This document shows positions 9,195 through 17,637 of a stretch of DNA of 49,512 nt, in pieces. Below the pieces are notes generated by a model that saw nothing but the letters and a program-made list of their open reading frames with translations, was not told the origin of the DNA and did not search any database. Origin of the DNA: an uncultured Melioribacteraceae bacterium (GTDB taxonomy: Bacteria; Bacteroidota; Ignavibacteria; Ignavibacteriales; Melioribacteraceae); NCBI GenBank assembly GCA_964400095.1, contig CAYNUJ010000001.1, positions 1,770-51,281 of the forward strand, written 5' to 3'. Position numbers and translations under genes: made by a program. Within the stretch, counting starts at the first letter, position 1. Every line of letters starts with the position of its first letter.

Positions 9195-10141
9195 TAGATA
9201 AAATCAAAAAAAATGTGATAGCCGCAATAATTATTACCGCGGTAATTTATTTGGCGTTTTCGTTTTACGCCGACTTCGATTCCGTCGTAAAAAGTTTAAT
9301 CGGGTTTAACTGGTACGCGGTAATTTTGGTTTTGCTTCTAACTTCAGTGAATTTTTTTGTTAGGTTTCTTAAATGGCATTACTATTTACGGTTACTGAAA
9401 ATTGATGTATCCTTTACCAATTCGCTATTAATCTTTCTTTCAGGATTGGTAATGAGCGTAACGCCGGGTAAATTCGGGGAAGTGTTAAAATCATTTCTTC
9501 TTAAAAATATTTCGGGAACTCCGGTCAGCGAGTCCGCGCCGATAATATTTGTCGAAAGAATAACCGATTTTTTGTCCGTTCTTTTATTAACGATTGCCGG
9601 AGCGGTATTTTTTGATTACGGTTTGGTTACAGTTATAATTACTTCCGCGGCTTTTGTAGCGCTTACAATAATTATTAATAACCGCAGACTTTCTCTCGGA
9701 ATAATCGGTTATTTAGAAAAGATAAAATTTATCGGCAAAAATATAACAAAAATACATTCTGCTTACGAAGCGTCGTTTAAAATGCTTCGTTTTAAACCGC
9801 TTTACGAGATGACTTTTTTAAGTATTTTAGCTTGGCTGCCGGAATGTTTTGGATTTTACATCATTCTCACTAATTTTAACGTTCAGGTTTCTGTTTTTTG
9901 GTCAATATTTGTTTACACATTTTCTATAATTATCGGCGCGCTTACAATGCTGCCGGCAGGTATTGGGGTAACGGAAGGTTCTTTAACTTATTTTATATTC
10001 AATCAAACAGGAGTAATGAACACAGCCGTTTCCGCTACCATTATTATTAGAATAGCAACTTTGTGGTTTGCGGTAATTATTGGCATTATTAGTTTGAGTT
10101 ATTTTAAAAAGAGAAATAAAATAGTTATTAATTTTGATTAA
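9191..10141 (+). CDS. Flippase-like / lysylphosphatidylglycerol-synthase TM-region family membrane protein (UPF0104)
   Basis: Polytopic membrane protein. The pattern FFVRFLKWHYYLRLL...SGLVMSVTPGKFGEVLK is typical of this family. A TTGA start/stop overlap joins it to maf. Confidence 0.65.
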   Translation: MIDKIKKNVIAAIIITAVIYLAFSFYADFDSVVKSLIGFNWYAVILVLLLTSVNFFVRFLKWHYYLRLLKIDVSFTNSLLIFLSGLVMSVTPGKFGEVLKSFLLKNISGTPVSESAPIIFVERITDFLSVLLLTIAGAVFFDYGLVTVIITSAAFVALTIIINNRRLSLGIIGYLEKIKFIGKNITKIHSAYEASFKMLRFKPLYEMTFLSILAWLPECFGFYIILTNFNVQVSVFWSIFVYTFSIIIGALTMLPAGIGVTEGSLTYFIFNQTGVMNTAVSATIIIRIATLWFAVIIGIISLSYFKKRNKIVINFD

Positions 10142-10158
10142 ATGATTAGGAGTAAAAA

Positions 10159-11412
10159 ATGGCAAAGTACAAAAACGTTGTAGTTCCGGAAATAGGAGAG
10201 AAAATAAAGATTGAAAACGAAAGTATATCCGTTCCGGATAATCCGATTATCCCTTTTATTGAAGGCGATGGCATTGGTCCCGATATATGGGCGGCTACTA
10301 AAGTTGTTTTAGACAGCGCGGTAAAAAAAGCTTATAAAGGAAAAAAGAAAATAAGCTGGATGGAAATTTATGCCGGCGAAAAAGCCGTCGCAACTTACGG
10401 AAAAAATAAATGGCTGCCGGCTGAAACGTTAAAAGCCATTGATGAATTCGTTGTTGCTATAAAGGGCCCTCTCACAACTCCTATTGGAGGAGGAATAAGA
10501 AGTTTAAACGTTGCAATTAGACAAAAAATGGATCTTTTCGCATGTGTGCGTCCGGTTAAATATTATCCCGGCACGCCAAGTCCGATGAAAAGACCGCAGG
10601 ATGTTAATATTGTTCTTTTCAGGGAAAATACCGAAGACGTTTACGCCGGAGTGGAATTTAAAGCAAAATCGAAGCAGGCTAACAGGTTAATTGATATATT
10701 AAACAATGAAATGAAAAAAGCCGTACGCGAAAATTCGGGCATCGGAATAAAACCGATTAGCGAATTCGGTTCCGAACGTTTAGTGAAAAAAGCGATTGAA
10801 TTTGCCGTTCAATACGGAAGAAAAAGCGTAACCCTCGTTCACAAAGGAAACATTCAAAAATTCACCGAAGGTTCCTTTAGAGATTGGGGATATAAAACGG
10901 CTAAGAAATACTTTGCCGATCAAGTTATTACAGAAGACGAATTGTGGGATGATTATAAGGGCATTCAGCCGGAAGATAAAATATTGATAAAAGATCGAAT
11001 CGCGGATAGTATTTTCCAGCAATTGTTACTGCGTCCTTCCGAATACGATGTTTTGGCTACCACAAACTTAAACGGAGATTATCTTTCGGACGCCGCAGCC
11101 GCACAGGTAGGCGGATTGGGTATTGCTCCCGGCGCAAATATCGGCTATTACCATGCGGTATTCGAAGCTACTCACGGCACCGCTCCAAAATATGCCGGAC
11201 AGGATAAAGTGAACCCGGGTTCGTTAATTCTTTCGGGCGTAATGATGCTCGAATATCTCGGCTGGAGCAAAGCGGCAAAACTAATTGAAAAAGCTATGAC
11301 TAAAACTATTAAGTCGAAAGTTGTTACTTACGATTTTGAAAGATTGATGAAAGGAGCTAAAAAAGTTAAATGCTCGAGATTTGCAAGCGAAATTGTAAAA
11401 AATATGAAATAA
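10159..11412 (+). CDS. icd: NADP-dependent isocitrate dehydrogenase
   Basis: 417 aa. [19 protein letters not shown] and [19 protein letters not shown] are close to E. coli Icd. Confidence 0.93.
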   Translation: MAKYKNVVVPEIGEKIKIENESISVPDNPIIPFIEGDGIGPDIWAATKVVLDSAVKKAYKGKKKISWMEIYAGEKAVATYGKNKWLPAETLKAIDEFVVAIKGPLTTPIGGGIRSLNVAIRQKMDLFACVRPVKYYPGTPSPMKRPQDVNIVLFRENTEDVYAGVEFKAKSKQANRLIDILNNEMKKAVRENSGIGIKPISEFGSERLVKKAIEFAVQYGRKSVTLVHKGNIQKFTEGSFRDWGYKTAKKYFADQVITEDELWDDYKGIQPEDKILIKDRIADSIFQQLLLRPSEYDVLATTNLNGDYLSDAAAAQVGGLGIAPGANIGYYHAVFEATHGTAPKYAGQDKVNPGSLILSGVMMLEYLGWSKAAKLIEKAMTKTIKSKVVTYDFERLMKGAKKVKCSRFASEIVKNMK

Positions 11413-11417
11413 TAATC

Positions 11418-11467
11418 AATAACCGGATTTTATTCTCTTGTATTTGAGATGTCCGGTTATTATTTTT
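11418..11467 (+). terminator. Rho-independent terminator after icd
   Basis: AATAACCGGA (11418..11427) pairs with TCCGGTTATT (11452..11461) and is followed by atttttaaaa. The loop is rather long at 24 nt. Confidence 0.55.
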
Positions 11468-11487
11468 AAAAATATTAAATTTTCAGA

Positions 11488-11916
11488 GTGGAGGACACAA
11501 TGAATGAAGATAATGGAATTGGAAAAGGCTTATTTGTAGGCTTTTTAGCCGGATCGTTAGTCGGATCGCTAATGGCGCTGCTGTATGCTCCCAAAACGGG
11601 TAAAGAATTCCGCGGCGATTTGAAGAAGAAATCCGATGATGTTCTCGATGATGCCGAGCATTATCTTGAAGACGCTAAGGAAAAAGCTTCCAAATTAATT
11701 AACGACGGCAAGAAAAAATCGGAATTGCTTATTGCAGACGCTAGGGAAAAAGTTAACGAACTCCTTGAAGAAGCCGAAAATATTCTTGAAGACGCAAAAA
11801 AGAAAACGTCCGGCGCCGTGGATACGAGTAAAAAGAAAATTGATCAGGAAGGCGGAAAGCTGAAGGAAGCGATTAAAGCCGGAATTGAGACGTACAAAAC
11901 AGAGAAGGACGCTTAA
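11488..11916 (+). CDS. YtxH domain-containing protein
   Basis: GFLAGSLVGSLMALLYAPKTGKEFR followed by a long charged helical region, which is the typical YtxH layout. Confidence 0.8.
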   Translation: MEDTMNEDNGIGKGLFVGFLAGSLVGSLMALLYAPKTGKEFRGDLKKKSDDVLDDAEHYLEDAKEKASKLINDGKKKSELLIADAREKVNELLEEAENILEDAKKKTSGAVDTSKKKIDQEGGKLKEAIKAGIETYKTEKDA

Positions 11917-11918
11917 CC

Positions 11919-12308
11919 TTGGGGCTGATGGATGTGTTATTGACGCTCCTCGTTTTATTAGCGTCCGCGCTGTGTGTATATTTAATAATTACGCTGAAGA
12001 AAGTTAACGAAAGTTTAACTCTTCTTCAGCGCGACCTTTCCGATATAAATTCAAAATTACTGCCGATATTAGATAATATTCAGGAAGTTTCTCAAAAAGC
12101 TTTATACGCTGCCGAAGAAGCCGAACGGCAGGTAAACAAAATCCAGAACTTTGTTAGCAGCGCTAAGGAAAAAATTGGAAATATCGGTTCAATTACAAAA
12201 AGTAATCCGGAAAGTAGAATTCAATCATTTGTGAAGAATTTAACCGCTTTATCCAAAGCCGTTACTGCCTTTGTGAGTGAATTTAAAAAAAAGTTAATCG
12301 ATCATTAA
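11919..12308 (+). CDS. DUF948-like membrane-anchored coiled-coil protein
   Basis: A single N-terminal TM followed by a helical region. It sits 2 nt after the YtxH gene, matching the usual YtxH/DUF948 pairing. Confidence 0.55.
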   Translation: MGLMDVLLTLLVLLASALCVYLIITLKKVNESLTLLQRDLSDINSKLLPILDNIQEVSQKALYAAEEAERQVNKIQNFVSSAKEKIGNIGSITKSNPESRIQSFVKNLTALSKAVTAFVSEFKKKLIDH

Positions 12309-12323
12309 GTAAGCGGAGGAGAT

Positions 12324-14417
12324 TTGAAAGAGTTTAAGGCTGATGCAATTAAAAATTTAGCTTTTATCGGTCATGGTGGAAGCGGTAAAACAACTATCTC
12401 GGAAGTTATTCTTTTTACCGCAGGCGAAACTAATAGAATTGGTTCTGTTGACGAAGGCAACACAATATCCGATTATACACCCAACGAGATTGAAAGGAAA
12501 ATATCAATTTCCGCGACGCCGTTGCACGCGAAATGGAAAGATAAAAAACTTAATATTATGGATACGCCTGGTTACACGGATTTTATAGGTCAAGTTATTT
12601 CTTCGCTTCATATTGCCGATACTGCGGTAGCTGTGGTTAAAAGCGCCGAGGGTATTGAGGTTGGAACGGAATTAACATGGGGATATGTGAACGATTATCA
12701 AATTCCCGGAGCCGTTATTATCAATAAAATTGACAGCGAGCATTCTAAATTCGAGGAAACTTTTCAATTGGTAAAAGAGAGATTGAGCAAGGATGCTACA
12801 ATTGTTTCTTTTCCCGTTGCCGAAGGCGTTAACTTCAATTCCGTTATCGACGTTATGAAAATGAAAAAAATCACTTTCGGCGAACTCGGTTCCAAAAGCG
12901 TTACCGAAGAAGATATTCCGGATCATCTGAAAGAGAAAGCGGAATCTTTGCGCGAAGAACTCGTGGAAAAAGTAGCCGAATCCGATGAAGATTTGATGAA
13001 TAAATTTTTTGAAGACGGCGCGTTGGAAGGCGAAGATTTGAACGAAGGTCTTAAAAAAGCGATAATCAGCAGAAGTCTTGTTCCCGTGTTTGCGATGTCG
13101 TCTTCCAAAGCCGTGGGAATTGCTAATTTTATGGATTTTGCGGTTACATATTTTGCTTCTCCGGTTGACCGCGAAGCGCCGAAAGCTAAACTTGCCGACA
13201 GTGAAAACGAAGTGGAAATAAAATGCGACGAAAACGGCGAACCAGTTCTCCTGGTTTTCAAATCGTTGAATGAACAGCATGTCGGAGAGCTTTCTATTTT
13301 TAAAGTCTATTCCGGCAAAGTAAACCCGGGTTTAGACCTTTTGAACGAATCAAAAGGGAAAACCGAAAGAATGGGGCAGATATTTGTTCTTAACGGTAAA
13401 AACAGAATAGACGTCGCCAATCTTTATGCGGGCGATATAGGCGCGGTTGTGAAATTGAAAGATACGCATACGGGCGATACTCTGGCATCGAAAAATTATT
13501 CCGTCATTCTCGACGAAATTAAATTCCCCAAACCTGTAATCCGAGGCGCGGTTCAAACAAAATCGAAAGGCGACGAAGATAAAATCTCTTCCGGACTTCA
13601 CACCGTTCACGAAGAAGACCCGACTTTGACCGTCCGTTTCGATCCCGAATTAAGCCAGACAATTATCGCCGGACAAGGAGAACTTCAATTATCACTAGCT
13701 ATTAAATTGTTGAAAGACCGCTACAATGTGGACGTTGACTTGGTTGAACCGAGAATTCCGTATCGCGAGACAATTAAAGGCAGATGCGAAGACGCCGAAT
13801 ATAAACATAAAAAACAATCCGGCGGCAGGGGACAATACGGACACGTGCATTTGAAATTGGAACCGCTGCCGAGAGGAACCGGTTTCGAATTTGTTGACGC
13901 GATTGTAGGCGGAGTGGTTCCGGGAAGATTTATTCCGGCTGTTGAAAAAGGATTAAAGGAAATAATGTCCAAAGGAATACTTACCGGTTCGCAGATTATT
14001 GATATTAAAGTGACTCTGTTCGACGGAACATTTCATAATGTCGATTCCGACGAAGTATCTTTCAGACTTGCGGCTTCGCAGGCATTTAAGAAAGGATTTC
14101 TCGAATCGAAACCCGTTCTTCTCGAACCGATTTATGATATAACGGTTAAAGTTCCGGAAGAATATATGGGCGACGTAATGGGGGATATTTCCTCAAGACG
14201 CGGGAAAATATCGGGAATGGATACCGAAGGTCCTTTTCAGATAATCAAAGCCAAAATTCCTCTTGCCGAATTGTATAAATATTCTACTCATTTAAGAAGC
14301 TTAACCTCCGGCAGGGGAATGCATACGAGAGTGTTTTCACACTACGAAGAAGTTCCTAAGGATGTTGAAGCTAAAGTTATTGCCGCATATAAGAAGGAAA
14401 AGGAAGAAGAAGGTTAA
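12324..14417 (+). CDS. Elongation factor G paralog, EFG-II (EF-G-2-like) subfamily
   Basis: 697 aa with a TTG start after GGAGGAG. G1 is GHGGSGKTT rather than AHIDAGKTT. G3 is DTPGY rather than DTPGH. G4 is NKID. I recall the same deviations in Thermus EF-G-2. No rpsL/rpsG context. Confidence 0.85.
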   Translation: MKEFKADAIKNLAFIGHGGSGKTTISEVILFTAGETNRIGSVDEGNTISDYTPNEIERKISISATPLHAKWKDKKLNIMDTPGYTDFIGQVISSLHIADTAVAVVKSAEGIEVGTELTWGYVNDYQIPGAVIINKIDSEHSKFEETFQLVKERLSKDATIVSFPVAEGVNFNSVIDVMKMKKITFGELGSKSVTEEDIPDHLKEKAESLREELVEKVAESDEDLMNKFFEDGALEGEDLNEGLKKAIISRSLVPVFAMSSSKAVGIANFMDFAVTYFASPVDREAPKAKLADSENEVEIKCDENGEPVLLVFKSLNEQHVGELSIFKVYSGKVNPGLDLLNESKGKTERMGQIFVLNGKNRIDVANLYAGDIGAVVKLKDTHTGDTLASKNYSVILDEIKFPKPVIRGAVQTKSKGDEDKISSGLHTVHEEDPTLTVRFDPELSQTIIAGQGELQLSLAIKLLKDRYNVDVDLVEPRIPYRETIKGRCEDAEYKHKKQSGGRGQYGHVHLKLEPLPRGTGFEFVDAIVGGVVPGRFIPAVEKGLKEIMSKGILTGSQIIDIKVTLFDGTFHNVDSDEVSFRLAASQAFKKGFLESKPVLLEPIYDITVKVPEEYMGDVMGDISSRRGKISGMDTEGPFQIIKAKIPLAELYKYSTHLRSLTSGRGMHTRVFSHYEEVPKDVEAKVIAAYKKEKEEEG

Positions 14418-14438
14418 TTCTTTGTTGTTTATTTTATT

Positions 14439-14472
14439 AACGGGAATAATAAATTATTATTCCCGTTTTTAT
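14439..14472 (+). terminator. Rho-independent terminator after the EF-G paralog
   Basis: AACGGGAATAAT..ATTATTCCCGTT followed by tttttatttt. Confidence 0.8.
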
Positions 14473-14497
14473 TTTATAAATTTAAATTGGTAGTAAG

Positions 14498-15001
14498 ATG
14501 GATAAACTTTGGTCGCCGTGGAGGTCTAATTATATTGATTCATTCAAAGATAGAACCGGCGATGAAAAATGCGTTTTCTGCGATTCCGAATCGAAAGATA
14601 TTGCCGACGAAACTTCCCTAATCGTTCATAAAGGCAAATACTGCTTTGTGATGCTGAACTTATACCCATATAACAACGGTCATTTAATGGTAATTCCTTA
14701 CCGTCATATCAGTTCCTTTGCCGAACTGACAGATGAAGAAAAGCTTGAAATAATGGAATTGGAAGGATTAATGATAAAAGCTCTCGAAGCCGTTATGAAA
14801 CCGCAGGGATTTAATTTGGGAGCAAACATCGGCAAAGCGGCGGGAGCAGGCATAGACCAGCATTTGCATTTTCACATCCTTCCCCGCTGGATGGGAGACA
14901 CTAATTTTATGCCCGCTTTAGGGGAAGTAAAAATAATTTCCCAGGATTTGCTTACTACAAAAAATAACTTAATTGAAGCTGTAAATCGTATCTTAAGATG
15001 A
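14498..15001 (+). CDS. HIT family protein (Ap4A phosphorylase/GalT-like branch)
   Basis: Histidine triad HLHFHILPR. N-terminal LWSPWRSNYI. Confidence 0.85.
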   Translation: MDKLWSPWRSNYIDSFKDRTGDEKCVFCDSESKDIADETSLIVHKGKYCFVMLNLYPYNNGHLMVIPYRHISSFAELTDEEKLEIMELEGLMIKALEAVMKPQGFNLGANIGKAAGAGIDQHLHFHILPRWMGDTNFMPALGEVKIISQDLLTTKNNLIEAVNRILR

Positions 15002-16113
15002 AAATCCTTATTGCGCCCAATAGTTTTAAAGAATGCGCCGACTCTTCAGTAATATCTAAACTAATTGAAAGAAATCTAAGGAAATACTTAAAAAACAATG
15101 AGTTGCGGCTGGTTGTTAAACCTATTTCCGATGGCGGCGACGGTTTTCTGAGTATTTGTATCGCAAATTTTGAAGCAATAATAAAAGAATTGAATATTTC
15201 GGCTGCCGATAATAGCGGAGCATTAAAAACTAAAATTGCGATTAATGAAATTACCGGTACGGCATTTATCGAATCGGCTAAAATATTGGGACTTGCAATG
15301 CTCCCGAAAAATAAAAGAATTCCGAAAAAATTAAATTCAGCGGGATTGGGAGACGCGATCTTGTTTATTAAGGATAAATACCCGAATATCAAGAAAGTTT
15401 ATGTCGGTATCGGAGGTACAGCTACTAACGATATGGGATTAGGCGCCCTGAGCAGGCTCGGATTGCGAGTGTTGGATTCAAACGGCTCTGACATTCCTCC
15501 GTTTCCTTCAAACTATGACGAGATTACTTCGTTTGAATTTAATAAAATGCGTATTCCTTTTGAATTAGTATTTGTAACAGACGTAAATAATCCGCTTCTT
15601 GGAGAAAACGGAGCTACGCGGATTTATGGCTCTCAAAAGGGAATTAAACCCGATGAATATGAACTCTTTGACAACTTCTTTCTTAAAATACTTAATTTAT
15701 CGAAGAAGAATTTAACAAATATCGAGCTTTCAGGCGCCGGAGGCGGTATTCCGGCTGGAATTTCATTGTTTTACGATGTCAGCGTTATGTCTTCAAAAGA
15801 ATTCATTATCGGGGAATTGGAGGTCGATAAGCGACTTAATCCGGATGTTATAATTACAGGCGAAGGAGCGATTGACGAGCAGACTTTTATGGAGAAGGGA
15901 ATAGGAGTTCTTTTGAACGAATATCCTCAAAAAAAGTTTTTCATTATTACCGGAAAATCGAATATTGATATGATGAAAAACAATGTAAAAATAATTGAAC
16001 TGAGCAGATTTTACTCTTCAATTGAAGAATCGATAGCAGATTATGAATCCGGTATTCAAACGGCGTGCAAAGAAATAGCGGACGATATTTTATTTGACCG
16101 AAAAGTTAATTAA
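14998..16113 (+). CDS. Glycerate kinase
   Basis: MKILIAPNSFKECADS N-terminus, about 370 aa, DGGDG motif. ATGA overlap with the HIT gene. Confidence 0.8.
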   Translation: MKILIAPNSFKECADSSVISKLIERNLRKYLKNNELRLVVKPISDGGDGFLSICIANFEAIIKELNISAADNSGALKTKIAINEITGTAFIESAKILGLAMLPKNKRIPKKLNSAGLGDAILFIKDKYPNIKKVYVGIGGTATNDMGLGALSRLGLRVLDSNGSDIPPFPSNYDEITSFEFNKMRIPFELVFVTDVNNPLLGENGATRIYGSQKGIKPDEYELFDNFFLKILNLSKKNLTNIELSGAGGGIPAGISLFYDVSVMSSKEFIIGELEVDKRLNPDVIITGEGAIDEQTFMEKGIGVLLNEYPQKKFFIITGKSNIDMMKNNVKIIELSRFYSSIEESIADYESGIQTACKEIADDILFDRKVN

Positions 16114-16146
16114 ATTCGCTGATTGTTTATCAAAATACTTAAGATT

Positions 16147-17034
16147 ATGAGAGAATATTTAGATTTAGTTAAGTTAGTGATGGAAAAGGGAGAGAAAAAA
16201 TCTTCCAGAACAGGGATAGATACAATTTCGTATTTCGGCGCTTTTTACAGAGTTGATTTGAAAAAAGGATTTCCATTGCTTACAACAAAAAAAATGATGT
16301 GGAAATCTCTTCTGCGCGAAGTATTGTGGTATTTATCAGGCGAAGAACATATAAGAAATTTACGCGAACATACGAAAATATGGAACGCTTGGGCGGATGA
16401 AGAAGGTAAATTGGAAACCGCATACGGAAGATTTTGGAGACGGTATCCCGTGCCGGAAAATAATGCGGTTCTGGATGGCGAGGTTTTTGTGGACGAAAAT
16501 CATCCTTTTGTCCGCCGCGAAGCTAACGGTTCGCTTTCATTCGATCAAATTGGCTGGGCGATAGATCAAATAAAGAATAATCCCGATTCGAGAAGAATTG
16601 TTATTGCGGCGTGGCATCCGGCAAATGCCGTTATCAGTAAACTTCCTCCGTGCCATTATACATTTGCCTTTAATGTGTCAAACGGAACATTAAATTGCCA
16701 TCTTACTCAGCGGTCGGGCGATATCGCTTTGGGAATACCGTTTAATTTAGCCGCGTACGCTATGCTTACTCAAATTATCGCCCGGCAGGCGGGACTCGAA
16801 CTCGGATATTTTGCGCATACTATTATTGACGCACATATTTATATCGGCGAAAAAGGGAGCGACAGAGAACGTTTTGACCATCTTGAAGGCTTAAAGGAAC
16901 AATTGACTCGCGAGCCGCTTCCGCTGCCTAAGCTGCATATTGCCGATAAATCTATCGACGATCTTACTTTTGACGATTTTGAATTGGCTGACTATAAACA
17001 TCACGACAGAATTAAATTTGAAGTGGCGGTTTAA
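16147..17034 (+). CDS. thyA: Thymidylate synthase
   Basis: MREYLDLV..GEKKSSRTGIDT, catalytic LPPCHYTFAFNV, DSRRIVIAAWHP. ATG at 16147 is preferred over the upstream TTG at 16123. Confidence 0.93.
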   Translation: MREYLDLVKLVMEKGEKKSSRTGIDTISYFGAFYRVDLKKGFPLLTTKKMMWKSLLREVLWYLSGEEHIRNLREHTKIWNAWADEEGKLETAYGRFWRRYPVPENNAVLDGEVFVDENHPFVRREANGSLSFDQIGWAIDQIKNNPDSRRIVIAAWHPANAVISKLPPCHYTFAFNVSNGTLNCHLTQRSGDIALGIPFNLAAYAMLTQIIARQAGLELGYFAHTIIDAHIYIGEKGSDRERFDHLEGLKEQLTREPLPLPKLHIADKSIDDLTFDDFELADYKHHDRIKFEVAV

Positions 17035-17151
17035 TTGATAATTGTTCATTCCGCGACATTTTTTGAATTATCCGATTCTTCCCTTGCCTTTTATTCAAAA
17101 AAAACAAATATTCTACAATATTTTAAATAATTAATCTAATTAATAAGGTTT

Positions 17152-17637
17152 GTGTTGAAAGTAATTATTATTGCCGCCGTAGCTGAAAATAATGTAATAG
17201 GCAGGAACGGTGAAATTCCGTGGCATTCCAGAGCCGAGTTGAAATATTTTAAAATAACAACAATGGGAAACCCGATTGTGATGGGCAGAAAAACATTCGA
17301 GTCTATCGGAAAAGCCTTACCCGGCAGAAAAAATGTTGTGATTACGCGGAATGCGGAACTATTTAAAGATATTGAAGGTATATTCACTTTTTCGAGTCTG
17401 AATGACGCTGTTGCAAGTTTAAGCGAAGAAAATGAGAAGATTTTTATAATTGGCGGAAGCGAAATTTACAATCAGGCGATTGATTTTGCGGACGAACTTT
17501 TGATAACGAGGATGCCTATCGAAGTAGAGGGGGACGCTTTTTTCCCGGAAATAAATAAGGATAGATTTAAATTGACCGAAGTTGCGGAGCATGAAGAATT
17601 CAGCGTGGAGCATTACCTAAGGAAAGAGAATGATTGA
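17152..17637 (+). CDS. folA: Dihydrofolate reductase
   Basis: IIAAVAENNVIGRNGEIPW, VMGRKTFESIG, ALPGRKNVVITR. The start may be TTG at 17155. Confidence 0.9.
   Translation: MLKVIIIAAVAENNVIGRNGEIPWHSRAELKYFKITTMGNPIVMGRKTFESIGKALPGRKNVVITRNAELFKDIEGIFTFSSLNDAVASLSEENEKIFIIGGSEIYNQAIDFADELLITRMPIEVEGDAFFPEINKDRFKLTEVAEHEEFSVEHYLRKEND

Noticed and set aside
12672-13280. Antisense ORFs of 202 and 112 aa inside the EF-G paralog. Similar antisense ORFs occur inside the FG-GAP, GT9, MutL and AAA+ genes, for example 2007..2264, 4509..4844, 30900..31328 and 42981..43286.
   Set aside because: All of them lie opposite long, well-supported genes. They have skewed low-complexity composition (F/R/S-rich) and no start context. 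This is the typical shadow-ORF pattern.
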